Shown here: positions 51,434 through 63,300 of the stretch, one piece after another
Layout: every line of letters starts with the position of its first letter
Numbering within the stretch: the stretch's first letter is position 1
NCBI GenBank assembly: GCA_019828565.1
Contig: JAHDYR010000002.1
Coordinates: 372,001-436,000 of the forward strand
Origin: Carpediemonas membranifera BICM
Taxonomy: Eukaryota > Protista > Fornicata
Reading direction: 5' to 3'
Length of the DNA: 64,000 bases
Program-made: the position numbers and the translations under genes
The notes under the pieces: generated by a model
Database searches by the model: none
What the model was told of the DNA's origin: nothing
What the model saw: only the letters and a program-made list of their open reading frames with translations

Positions 51434-54400
51434 ATGCGGCTCATTGCGCTAGTCCTTGCGCTTTTTCTGGTTGCAGTAAGCGCAGCACAGGACATTAACC
51501 CCGCCTTCTATGAAAAGGCGCTGGAGGATAACGTGGATATCTTTGTCAGCTGCCAGCAAGAGATTATTGGCATTAGCGGCAACGAGAACCAGATTACATG
51601 CTACTTCTTTGGTACCAAGATCGATGTACCCACGACCAACCCCGTTACAACGGTTACCACGGCCTTTGGCACTTCCACGAACGTCGGCTACACCCACATT
51701 GGCACTAACGTCCGCGAGATCTTCATCTACCACGCCACTTTCGCCGTTCCCGACCCCGCCAACCCCGTTTACGCGTACTACGACTGCAACTGGAAGTTTA
51801 CCTTCACCACTGGTTCGTATTCCATCGCCATGGACACGCTTCTTTCCATGACCCACGGCACGGTCACCTTTGACGCCAACACCAACATCGTCTACGTCGC
51901 CGGCGACAACTCTGCCGGCCAGATTGACACCAACACTGGCGAGAAGACTTACGATTCCCCCTCGAACCACTGGAGCACCGCCCCGTTCGAGTACCACACT
52001 GTCGACTACGTGGAAGTCGGCGACAGCACGTTTGTGATCACCAACGAGGGCGAGCTCTGGACGCTGGGCGGCAGCAAGTACCCCGGCCGGACGCTGGCCA
52101 CCACTGATGTCTGGCTTCAGGTGTTTGCTCCCAACGGCAACGCCAACATCCTCTTCGACGGCGTCACTGTCGGTGATAACCACGCCCTGTTCAAGGCCTA
52201 CGACAGCATCACCCTCCGCACATATGTGTACGTCGCCGGCACTGGCCTTGCCACAAACTGCACGACTCCGAACAAGTACAAGCTCACCGAACTCACCCAG
52301 TTCAACGACCTCGACGTTGTAGACATCGAGGCTACATCCAGAGCATCGTACATCCTCCTTGCCGACGGCACGCTCTATGCTTGCGGTGACAACACCCTCG
52401 GCCAGCTCGGTGACGGCACCACTGTCTCCCGCTCCCAGTTCAAGCCCGTCAACCTCCCCGCTGGCTTTATCCCCTACGCTCTCGGCCAGGCCCGCGGTGA
52501 CAACATGTTTGCCATCAACTCTGCAGGCAAGGTTGCCGCCTGGGGTGACAACTCTGTCGGCCAGCTCGGCATCAACTCCGAAGCCCAGTACCAGGGCACC
52601 CCCACCTACGTCAGCGGTGTCAGCGGCTCTGCCATCCACGTGGCGGCCGGTAAGGACTTCACCCTCGCCCTCTCTGATGACGGGCTCCAGGTCTACGGCG
52701 TCGGCAACGTCAAGTACACAGGCACCGATCCCGCCGTCGTCACTGGCAAGTACATCAAGGCCTTCGCCAAGTCTACCCTCGTCCCACCCAACACCGCCGC
52801 CATCTCTACTGGCTACGTCCACACCGTGGCCCTCGTCACCGGCGACACCGCATCAGTCTACACCTGGGGCGACAACGGTTCCGGCCAGCTCGCCCAGGGT
52901 GAGGGCGCCAAGTCCACGGTCACCCCCACCATGGTCCCAGCCCTCTCGGGCACGGCCACCCAGTCCCGCCCCTTTAGCCGAGTGTATGCCGGCCAGGAGC
53001 ACACCATTGCTATGGAGTCGACGGACATGCACGATCAGGCCTTTTACGAGATTTACCCCGACGGCATGGTCAGAGTGGCTTCGCTCTCTGGCACGGTCGG
53101 CAAGTCTATCCTTGGGGCGGTCGAGCAGTACGGCGCGACGTACTCTTCTGTGCACTCTGCTACAGTAGATATGGTTGACGATATCTTCTGGATCTGGTCC
53201 GATTCGCACTATCCTGTTACTGACGAGATTCTCCAATTCACTATCCGCAACGAGGCTCGCGAGAAATCATTCCGTTTCGCAATCCCCGCCTGCGTCACCA
53301 TCAAGCCCAAGGTCCGCTCCATCGACCTCTCCTTCGACGGCGCAGCATGGAACGTGGCCCTCGACCTGACCCACGGCGTCATCAACCCCCTGATGTCTCA
53401 GGTCTCCATGGACTGCATGGGGCTGGTGTCGCACCAGATCACACTCAACGCCATGGACGTGGGCGCGGGGTCCGCCTGGGACCTCAGGCTGTCTGCCATG
53501 CAAATCATCGGCGGCAAGGCCAGGATGCTGTACTCCTACTACTCACAGTGCACGCTGACTATTGACGGCGTGACCATGTACCAGGGCGACATCGGCACCC
53601 CTCTTGCCCTTGATGAGACGCTCTCCACGTTCTCCCTCAAGATGGAAACCCCTTATGTCCACTACGGCGGCCAGATGAACGCATGCATCGGCCCTCGTGA
53701 CGACTACAACCGGTTCCTCCCCATGAAGAACGCCGACCTTGTCGCCAACACCCAGTTTGTCGCAGTTTACCCCACTACTGTCTCCTCCGAGCAGACCCAG
53801 GAGCTCTTCTTTATGGGTCACGCCCCCACCTTTATCTACGACGAGGACCACGAGCGCTACTGCGTTGCAGTCCAGACCAACTTCCCCGTCTCTGGGCAGA
53901 TTCAGGCCAAGTACAAGGGCCAGATCATCGGCCGCGAGAAGTTTGTCCAGATGCGGGCAGACTCGACCAAGAGCGCCATCACCATGGTCGACCAGGAGTC
54001 CGTTCTCACCGCTGACGTCCCCGTGACGTTCTGTGCCAACGCATATGACATTCAGGCTGTCCGTAAGATCACCAGCGCCCCTCCGCTCGCGTTTGACTTC
54101 TTCTTTTTCAACCAGGACACCGGCAACAGCCTTGTGCTCAACCCCAACCTCATCCCCGCGACTGGCGACTACTGTGTCTCCGTCGCCTTCCTACCCGGCC
54201 AGTACACCTACTCTGCGACGTTCAACGGCCTCCAGACTCTCATCGGTGGCGGTACGTTCGCTGTCAAGGCGGTACCCACGTCCACGGGCGGCAGTGGAAG
54301 CTCCTTCTCCGGGAGTGGTATTGAGGTCGCCCTCGCCGTGACTGCCCTCGTACTCGGCTTGCTCATCGCCTGCGTCGGGCTCATTGGCGGTGCAGTCGTT

Positions 54401-54556
54401 GCTGCTGGTGGCGTCCTCTATGGCGTTGTAATCGGCAAGGGCATCCCATCCGGCACGGGCCGCTCGATGGCCTCAGCGGTTGACCGGGCCGACGAGCAGT
54501 TTGGTCTCCTTCGCGGTGTCCAGAACGCGGATTACCTGGGTGAGGATGCGCTGTAG
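51434..54556 (+). CDS. Secreted/type I membrane protein with RCC1 repeats
   Basis: Signal peptide MRLIALVLALFLVAVSA. RCC1 repeats LYACGDNTLGQLG, AAWGDNSVGQLG, YTWGDNGSGQL. C-terminal hydrophobic helices. Confidence 0.8.
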   Translation: MRLIALVLALFLVAVSAAQDINPAFYEKALEDNVDIFVSCQQEIIGISGNENQITCYFFGTKIDVPTTNPVTTVTTAFGTSTNVGYTHIGTNVREIFIYHATFAVPDPANPVYAYYDCNWKFTFTTGSYSIAMDTLLSMTHGTVTFDANTNIVYVAGDNSAGQIDTNTGEKTYDSPSNHWSTAPFEYHTVDYVEVGDSTFVITNEGELWTLGGSKYPGRTLATTDVWLQVFAPNGNANILFDGVTVGDNHALFKAYDSITLRTYVYVAGTGLATNCTTPNKYKLTELTQFNDLDVVDIEATSRASYILLADGTLYACGDNTLGQLGDGTTVSRSQFKPVNLPAGFIPYALGQARGDNMFAINSAGKVAAWGDNSVGQLGINSEAQYQGTPTYVSGVSGSAIHVAAGKDFTLALSDDGLQVYGVGNVKYTGTDPAVVTGKYIKAFAKSTLVPPNTAAISTGYVHTVALVTGDTASVYTWGDNGSGQLAQGEGAKSTVTPTMVPALSGTATQSRPFSRVYAGQEHTIAMESTDMHDQAFYEIYPDGMVRVASLSGTVGKSILGAVEQYGATYSSVHSATVDMVDDIFWIWSDSHYPVTDEILQFTIRNEAREKSFRFAIPACVTIKPKVRSIDLSFDGAAWNVALDLTHGVINPLMSQVSMDCMGLVSHQITLNAMDVGAGSAWDLRLSAMQIIGGKARMLYSYYSQCTLTIDGVTMYQGDIGTPLALDETLSTFSLKMETPYVHYGGQMNACIGPRDDYNRFLPMKNADLVANTQFVAVYPTTVSSEQTQELFFMGHAPTFIYDEDHERYCVAVQTNFPVSGQIQAKYKGQIIGREKFVQMRADSTKSAITMVDQESVLTADVPVTFCANAYDIQAVRKITSAPPLAFDFFFFNQDTGNSLVLNPNLIPATGDYCVSVAFLPGQYTYSATFNGLQTLIGGGTFAVKAVPTSTGGSGSSFSGSGIEVALAVTALVLGLLIACVGLIGGAVVAAGGVLYGVVIGKGIPSGTGRSMASAVDRADEQFGLLRGVQNADYLGEDAL

Positions 54557-54607
54557 AGTGGTGTGCGGATAAAAAAGCTTCGTATTTGCATGAGGGGGTC
54601 ATTTAAC

Positions 54608-54707
54608 TTGGTGACTCGGGTGTGGCGGCTGAGATGGTTGAGTGTGAAGCGTCCAGGGATTATTGGTGAGATTGTACAAGCCGAGGTCGACCCGTGGATA
54701 CCGGGCC
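54608..54707 (+). pseudogene. Degenerate 3'-end remnant of a diverged RCC1-family member, immediately upstream of the copy C6 leader
   Basis: GDSGVAAEMVECEAS and, frame-shifted, IVQAEVDPWIPG resemble the family C-terminus GSGEVAEMEECE...IVTVDVDPWTPG. Confidence 0.55.
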
Positions 54708-55246
54708 CGCCTGATAAAAGCTATCCTTCTTTGTGGGTGAACGCTGGCCTAGCAGACCCAGGAGCAAGGGAAGCATCAGTGGTATCAGCGAGGGCTAGCC
54801 CAACCACTCAACCTGCGCGGGCAAACTCGACCCACACTACTAGCGGCGTGGTAGGCCCGTCGTTGCCCTCTGTAAGGGCGACCGCGAGATCGAGCTTCTG
54901 TCGCGTTCTCGAGTCATTTAACCTGTGTCACTGACGTCACTACCAATCTCAACCTTTACGCGAGCAATCATAAATTGGATATTGCGTTCGTCATCCCCGC
55001 GAGGAGGCCACGATAGTTGGAGGACGTGCATCGCAGTAAACCATAAACGGGTGTCAGGTCCTGGGCTGAAGGCTGGTCTGGTATCGCAATGGTCCAAGTC
55101 AGTCGGCGATCGAGTCATTCTCGACGATCGTTGTTCAGGAACCTTTTCAGCAGCTGGACGCCTGCATTAACGATGTTGATACTGAGATTGCTAAGCTGAA
55201 CGGCATGGTGCTTCCAGACGAGGAGATCGATGCCCGCCTCGCCTGA
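54708..55246 (+). repeat. ~540-bp 5' leader shared near-identically with C5 (38033-38571, inverted) and partly with C4 (30595-~30856)
   Basis: Direct sequence comparison. The ORF track gives the same spurious peptides at both loci. Confidence 0.9.
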
Positions 55247-57207
55247 ATGGACACCTCTCGCGCTCGCCTCGCGGCCATGCGCTCCTCAGGGCCCAAGAGT
55301 GGCAGCGACGTCCAGCACGATGCAATGAGTGGCCTGCATTCCGCCATGTCGCGCGACTATGCGGATTTGCCAGGCGACATTCCCACTCTCATGCGAGAGG
55401 CCTTCACTCGCGAGATCGGCGAGGAGTTCCCGGACGAAGACGGTGATGCAAATCAGGCCACAGCCGAGGAGGTGACTAGCGCGCTCTTGGCCCTCGACCT
55501 CCACCATCGCAGTGCCATCAACTTTGTCAACCGGGTTGTCTCGATACTGTCACACGCCTCCCCCCCGCTGTCCATGAACAGACCCATGATACCCGGCGGC
55601 ACTGATTCCTTGCCACATTCTACAAACGATGCGCTTATCTCCGCATTCCGTCTTTCAGTCGCCATCACCGCCTCGATCCCCGGGGACGTCCCCACATTGC
55701 TCAAAGAGGCCTTCTCCAGGCACTTCGACGAGCAGATGCCCGCGATCCACGACGCAGAGACCACAAATACACCGACCAGCGCCGCATCGCTCGATTCCCT
55801 CACCGCCATGCTCTCCGAGACCCCCCTCTCGAGCCAGCCGCGCAAGTCCTCCTCGACCGCGCCCGCTCGATCCTCACCAACGGCCCCCCGCTGTCCATGA
55901 ACGTCGAGCTCGCGGCGGGGCAGGCGCTCCCGGCCGCCCTGCACACACTCAACCAGGGCGCGGTGTGGGCGTGTCTGCTGGGTGGCGGGGCCAACCCAGA
56001 CCTCGAGGACAGGGTGCTGGAGGAGTATCCAGAGGAGTGGCCAGACGCCATCGAGATGCGTGACAAGATCCGCGACGCTCTCACCCCCGAGGGCAAGTGC
56101 CTCTGGTTCCTCTGCCGCAAGTTCTTTTTCACGCTGAACGTCGCCGAGAAGGACGGCGAATGCAATCAATACTATTGGCGAGAAAGATTCTACCACCACC
56201 GCATGTACATGGGCCGACTCTTCATGCTCTGCATTGATGATTACGACACCTCCTTCACTAGGGCCAGAATGCCCAGGGCCCTCGAAGTCTGTATCGAATG
56301 GTCAACCTACATCGCCAGGACGCCCAAGGGCCTGTGGGGCTGGGGGGAGAACAAACATGGTCAGCTGGGGTTCGAGTCATCATATCGCGAGTTCGTTGAC
56401 CTGACCCGCCTCATCTTCCCCGCCTGCCCCGCGGTCGCGGAACTTGAGGCCAGCCTGCCCCCCTGGGAGAAGCACAGGATGGTGACTGCTTTGTCGATGA
56501 AGGGATATCAGACGTTCATCCTCACCCCAGCCGGCACTGTCATGACTGGCTTCAATGCTCAGAGATATGTCGGCCCAGTCGACCGGGCGATCAGGAATCA
56601 CTTCCACCCAGTCGCTGTGCCACCTGGCTTTGTCCCAGATCACATCATGCAGGGTAACAAGGTTGCCATCCTCTCCATGGGCGATCGGCAGATGATCGGC
56701 GGGAGCAACTGGGATGGCCGCCTGGGACTCGGGCACGAGAATTGGGTGACCGGCTTCGACTTGCCCTTCAGGGTTGACCGGATCATGTCCGAATGGTTCT
56801 TCAACATATTCCTCAGCGGCCGCCAGCTGCTGTTCGCCGGCGAAGTTCGCAAGCATATCGCCCAGTCTGGCCTGCTGCCAGGATTCAGTCATGACGACAA
56901 TTGTCTCACACCCACCCCGCTCCGGTTCCCTGAGAGGGTCAAGGGGTTCTTCATATCACGCCAAGAGCTGATCTGGGTCACAGAAGGCAAGAGCCATTAT
57001 TGTAAGTGTGATGCTGAACCCATCATTATCCCCTTCGAAGCGACAGCTTTCAGCAGTTGCAGCTTCTGTAAGTGCGGCCAGTGGTTCAGGCCGTTGAAAG
57101 ACTTGGATGAAGCTATTGAGATGGAAGACTGCGAGGCGCCGCCTCGTTCAGATGTGCATATGATCGTCACCGTCGACGTCGATCCGTGGACCCCGGGCGC
57201 CACATGA
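55247..57207 (+). pseudogene. Dispersed RCC1-like family, copy C6 (tandem N-modules C+B; one frameshift before a 436-aa core)
   Basis: ORFs 55247-55900 and 55897-57207 are joined at C-run 55821-55826, the same lesion as in C1. Confidence 0.75.
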
Positions 57208-57341
57208 GGATTCAATCACAGCTGAGTCGATGGCATCGTAAACAAATAATAATCATCATCAAACGTGCAAAAGACGCTTTACCGTAAGGTACTACTAGCA
57301 ATTCTGACAACGTGCCACACCAGCCATCATAAACTCACAAC

Positions 57342-60300
57342 CTACTTGAGCCTACCCATAGACTTAGCTAGACCAGCAGCGTTACTCGGCAGGCGAGGGA
57401 TCGACGGCAACGGAGAGTTACCCAACCCAGCAGGCCGCGGCGTTATTGGGAGGACGGGGAGTACATCTGTCGGCGAGTTCAGCGCCGTACCAGGCAGCGA
57501 GATCGAAGGGAGCGATGACTGCGGTGTTCTCAACGCCCGGCCCGAAGCCAATGGAGAGCGGACACCAGAGTTGACGGCAGGAAGCTGGGGCAAGGCGGGT
57601 AGGCCGGGCATACTGGGACTACTGGGGCTTCTGATCGGAGGGAGTTTGGTTGGAGGCCGAGTGCTGGATGACGTGGGGATGACTGATGCTAATGGTCCAT
57701 CCGAGGTCGAGTCGTGCTTTGACTTCGATTTGAACACTAAGAAGCCGCCGACTGGGACGGCTGCGAGGATGAAGACAACCACTGCGGCTACAACAAGCAG
57801 GATTAGACCAACGCAACCAACCAGGCCCAGCACGGGGATATACGCCCCAAGAGCTATGAACACAGGCAAGTTCGAGTCATCAGACCCGCCACCCGACCCC
57901 TCCGAGTGCAAGAGCAGGGTCGACCCGCTATAAACATCGACCGTCAGCGCCTTGATGGCGTCTAGGAATGAAGCATGGCCGGGGGCAGGTCCACAGACCA
58001 TGCCGTTGTGGAGGAAAAGAGGGCCAGCCTCGGTGCCGTCGAGGAGGAGTCTAATCAGGTCGGTGCTCCCGAAACGGGCCCCAGAGAGGGAAACACAGAC
58101 AGTGGTGGAAGCCGAGGCTGTTGTTGTTGCTCCATCAAGTGGAGCTAGGAAGGGACTGAATGCGCTAATATCATCCGTGTCGATGGCTCCGGTAGAGCTG
58201 CATTCAATCGTCGTTGAGTTCAAAGCAGTCACGGAGTCGAGAGCGGCAGACCAGCTGATGGCCTCGACCTCGAAGGAGGCGGGGCAAATCGACCCGCTCT
58301 GGCTGGCTGTGAGGTTGGTGACGCTAATGATGATCTCGGGTTGTACTGGGATATTGGATTCGATCAGGATCGTATCACTCTCAGTGAGCCCGCTAAATGA
58401 AATCGTCAATTCGTACTCGCCGGCTGAAATGACACCATTTTCCGGCTCGCAGACGGGTACAATGAATGAAACCGCGCCTTCCTCGACAATGGTGCACTCG
58501 CACGCGCCGAAAGAGGCTGACTCGAGGGAGGATGAGATAATAGAGGAGTTGACGGCGATGGCCTCGCTCTCTGAGTCAACCCCGCTGATATAAATGGCGC
58601 AGGAAGCGTGGGGCTTGCCGTCGGCCGGTGTGCTTCTCATCATGGGGCAAGTAGTGCATGATCTGGCACCATCGCTGCTAAACATGCCGTCGTCACATGG
58701 CATAGGCTCAGAATCAGCCGCGGCGCTGTAACCTGCAGGGATATCTATGCAGGCCGACTGGCCCTGGGCCGTCTGGTATGTCGAGGCCGGGCAGGGGGTC
58801 TGGTCAGTGTGGGCGCCCGTGGGTGCGACGAAGAAGCCTGCACTAGCCGCGACACACGAGGTCTGGCCGGTGTTGGGCTGGTAGTAGCCGGAGTTGCACT
58901 CGACCTGCGTGGACTTGTCGGAGTCGGGAACGTAGTAGCCAGCCTCGGCCTCAGTGCACTCGCTCGAACCTGCGCTGCTCCAGTGCCCGCTGTCGCAGGC
59001 TGTCTGCCCGACCTGAGGGCCAGAGGCTGGGACGTAGTACCCGGCGTCGGCCTCGGTGCAGTTGGTCTGGCCGGCATTTGCCTGAAATGACCCGGCGTTG
59101 CACTCCACCTGGTCTGTCTGGTCAGTGTTGGGGACGTGCCCGGCTTCAGCCTCAGCACACGTGGCCTGGCCCTCCCCGCTGTAGTGTCCGTCCTCGCAGC
59201 TCTCGCACGAGGTCATCCCCTCGTCGGGCTGACAGGTGCCCGCGTGACACGGTGTCTGGGTCGACTGGGTTGAGTCGGGGACGAAGTTACCGGCTAATGC
59301 TGCAGTGCAGGTCGACTGGGCGGCGGAGGCAGTGTAGGTGCCGGCCATGCAGGGGTACTGTCTGGACTGGTCAAAAGCGGGGACGTAGTAGCCTGCGTCC
59401 GCTGCGGTGCACGTCTCCTGGCCGCCGGGGGAGTAGTACCCCGTGTCGCACGGCTCCTCACCGCTCCTGGCCGCGTTGACGTGGTACGCGGCCCGGGCCT
59501 TGGTGCATGAGCCCGAGCCCTCTGTGGCGTACCAGCCGCTGGGGCAGGACTCGATGTCACTCCTGTCGCTGGTCGGAACGAAACCGGCAGGGGATACGGT
59601 GCACTGGGACGCACCGGCGCTGCTGTAGTAGCCGCTCTGGCAGGGGGTCTGGCTCGACTGGGCACCGTTCGCCGGGACATAGAAGCCGGCGCTGGCCGTG
59701 ATGCAAGAGGTCTGGGCGGCAGCCGGCTGGTACTTGCCGTTGTTACACTGCTTCTGCTGAGACTTGTCATCGTCATCCACGTAGTACCCGGCCGACGCCC
59801 TCGTGCACGTGTCCGAAGTCGCCCCGGCCGCGTTGAAGTAACCAGACGAGCAATCCCTGCATGACGACTGTCCCGCGTCCGGCTGGTAGCTGCCTGGCTC
59901 ACACTGGGTCTGGCCCGGGTGCCCGACGCCGTCGTCCGCGGTAAAGTAGCCCGGGCTGGTGGTAACACATGCTGCCTGACCTGGGTTGGGCTGGTAGTAG
60001 CCACCGTCGCAAGGGTACTGCTGCGTCTGGTCGGTGTTGAGGACGTAGTAGCCGGCCTCGGCGGCGGTGCACTCAATGCTGCCGGCGACGGCGAATGTGC
60101 CAGGGTTACAGGAATCCTGTGTCGCGTGTGGCTGACCGTCGTCTGCCGTGAAGAAGCCGGCGTCTGTAGTCACGCAAGAGCTCTGGCCGGTGCTCGGCTG
60201 GTAGCGGCCGCCATCGCATACCACCTGCTTGGTCTTGTCGGAGTCAGCGACGTAGTACCCGGCTGAAGCGCTCGTACAAGACGTCTGCCTGGTAGTAGCT

Positions 60301-63300
60301 GCGTAGGTACCATTGCCGCAGGGTGTCTGGTGATCTTGTGCACCGCCCGCTGGCACGAAATACCCGGGCTGGGCCTCGATGCACGCCGTCTGCCGTGGAG
60401 CAGTGCTGTACCAGCCTGCGTTACACGCTGTTTGAGTGTTCGAGGCGGGGTTCGTTACGGCGTATCCAGTGTCGGCGTCGGTGCAGGTCGAGGCGCCGTC
60501 TGCGTTTGAATAGGTGCCTGCGGAACAAGGGAGCTGGGTCGTGTGCGCGTCGCCGTCGGCCGGGACGTAGTAGCCGGCGTCTGCGGTGTCGCACGAGGCC
60601 TGCGCGGGGTCGGGTTGGTACTTGCCGTCGTTGCACTTGATACAGACAGCGGCGAGCGCACCGGAGTAGGTGCCTGCCGTGCAGTCCTCCTGGGCTATGT
60701 GGGCGTCGCCGTCGTCGGGAACGAAGTGGCCGGGGGTCGCATCAAGGCAGGTCGACTGCACGCTGTTCGGCTGGTACTTGCCGTTGTTGCACTTGATGCA
60801 GGTAGACGCGCCGGCCTCCGAGTATGTGCCTGCGGGGCAGTCCTCCTGGCCTGACTGGTCGCTGTTCGTCTTGTGGCCCGCCGTCGCCTGGGTGCAGCTG
60901 GACTGGCCGGTGCCGGCATACTTGCCTGCGTCGCACGGCTCCTGCGCGGTGTGCGGCGTGTCGACGTTCTCGACGTAGTGACCCACGCTCGACGTCGTGC
61001 ATGACGGCGATGCGGCAGAATTGCTGTACTCGCCGTTGAAGCAGTTCGTGCAGGACGAAGCGCCCGCGTTCGAGAAGGTGCCGGCTGGGCATGGCTCCTG
61101 ACCGGATTGGTCTCCCTTCGTCTTGTAGCCAGCAGTCGCGGTCGTGCAGCCGCTGGCGCCGTCCACCGACCACTTGCCAGTGGCGCAGTCGTCTTGGGTC
61201 GTGTGCGGCTGGTTGTCGTCAATAACGAAGTGGCCGGCGTCGGCCTCGACGCAGGTGGCCTTGCCGGTGGCAGGCTGGTAGTGGCCGTTGTCGCAGACGA
61301 GCTGGGTCGTGTGCGCGTCGCCGTCGGCCGGGACGTAGTAGCCGGCGTCTGCGGTGTCGCACGAGGCCTGCGCGGGGTCGGGTTGGTACTTGCCGTCGTT
61401 GCACTTGATACAGACAGCGGCGAGCGCACCGGAGTAGGTGCCTGCCGTGCAGTCCTCCTGGGCTATGTGGGCGTCGCCGTCGTCGGGAACGAAGTGGCCG
61501 GGGGTCGCATCAAGGCAGGTCGACTGCACGCTGTTCGGCTGGTACTTGCCGTTGTTGCACTTGATGCAGGTAGACGCGCCGGCCTCCGAGTATGTGCCTG
61601 CGGGGCAGTCCTCCTGGCCTGACTGGTCGCTGTTCGTCTTGTGGCCCGCCGTCGCCTGGGTGCAGCTGGACTGGCCGGTGCCGGCATACTTGCCTGCGTC
61701 GCACGGCTCCTGCGCGGTGTGCGGCGTGTCGACGTTCTCGACGTAGTGACCCACGCTCGACGTCGTGCATGACGGCGATGCGGCAGAATTGCTGTACTCG
61801 CCGTTGAAGCAGTTCGTGCAGGACGAAGCGCCCGCGTTCGAGAAGGTGCCGGCTGGGCATGGCTCCTGACCGGATTGGTCTCCCTTCGTCTTGTAGCCAG
61901 CAGTCGCGGTCGTGCAGCCGCTGGCGCCGTCCACCGACCACTTGCCAGTGGCGCAGTCGTCTTGGGTCGTGTGCGGCTGGTTGTCGTCAATAACGAAGTG
62001 GCCGGCGTCGGCCTCGACGCAGGTGGCCTTGCCGGTGGCAGGCTGGTAGTGGCCGTTGTCGCAGACGAGCTGGGTCGTGTGCGCGTCGCCGTCGGCCGGG
62101 ACGTAGTAGCCGGCGTCTGCGGTGTCGCACGAGGCCTGCGCGGGGTCGGGTTGGTACTTGCCGTTGTTGCACTTGATGCAGGTAGACGCGCCGGCCTCCG
62201 AGTATGTGCCTGCGGGGCAGTCCTCCTGGCCTGACTGGTCGCTGTTCGTCTTGTGGCCCGCCGTCGCCTGGGTGCAGCTGGACTGGCCGGTGCCGGCATA
62301 CTTGCCTGCGTCGCACGGCTCCTGCGCGGTGTGCGGCGTGTCGACGTTCTCGACGTAGTGACCCACGCTCGACGTCGTGCATGACGGCGATGCGGCAGAA
62401 TTGCTGTACTCGCCGTTGAAGCAGTTCGTGCAGGACGAAGCGCCCGCGTTCGAGAAGGTGCCGGCTGGGCATGGCTCCTGACCGGATTGGTCTCCCCTTC
62501 GTCTTGTAGCCAGCAGTCGCGGTCGTGCAGCCGCTGGCGCCGTCCACCGACCACTTGCCAGTGGCGCAGTCGTCTTGGGTCGTGTGCGGCTGGTTGTCGT
62601 CAATAACGAAGTGGCCGGCGTCGGCCTCGACGCAGGTGGCCTTGCCGGTGGCAGGCTGGTAGTGGCCGTTGTCGCAGACGAGCTGGGTCGTGTGCGCGTC
62701 GCCGTCGGCCGGGACGTAGTAGCCGGCGTCTGCGGTGTCGCACGAGGCCTGCGCGGGGTCGGGTTGGTACTTGCCGTCGTTGCACTTTATACAGACAGCG
62801 GCGAGCGCACCGGAGTAGGTGCCTGCGGGGCAGTCCTCCTGGGCTATGTGGGCGTCGCCGTCGTCGGGAACGAAGTGGCCGGGGGTCGCATCAAGGCAGG
62901 TCGACTGCACGCTGTTCGGCTGGTACTTGCCGTTGTTGCACTTGATGCAGGTAGACGCGCCGGCCTCCGAGTATGTGCCTGCGGGGCAGTCCTCCTGGCC
63001 TGACTGGTCGCTGTTCGTCTTGTGGCCCGCCGTCGCCTGGGTGCAGCTGGACTGGCCGGTGCCGGCATACTTGCCTGCGTCGCACGGCTCCTGCGCGGTG
63101 TGTGGCGTGTCGACGTTCTCGACGTAGTGACCCACGCTCGACGTCGTGCATGACGGCGATGCGGCAGAATTGCTGTACTCGCCGTTGAAGCAGTTCGTGC
63201 AGGACGAAGCGCCCGCGTTCGAGAAGGTGCCGGCTGGGCATGGCTCCTGACCGGATTGGTCTCCCTTCGTCTTGTAGCCAGCAGTCGCGGTCGTGCAGCC

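Noticed and set aside
2677-57207. Classifying the repeat family as a known transposon, DGR or CRISPR-like array
   Set aside because: No transposase, RT, integrase, TIR/LTR or poly(A). Variation is block-wise rather than adenine-specific, and there is no repeat-spacer periodicity.
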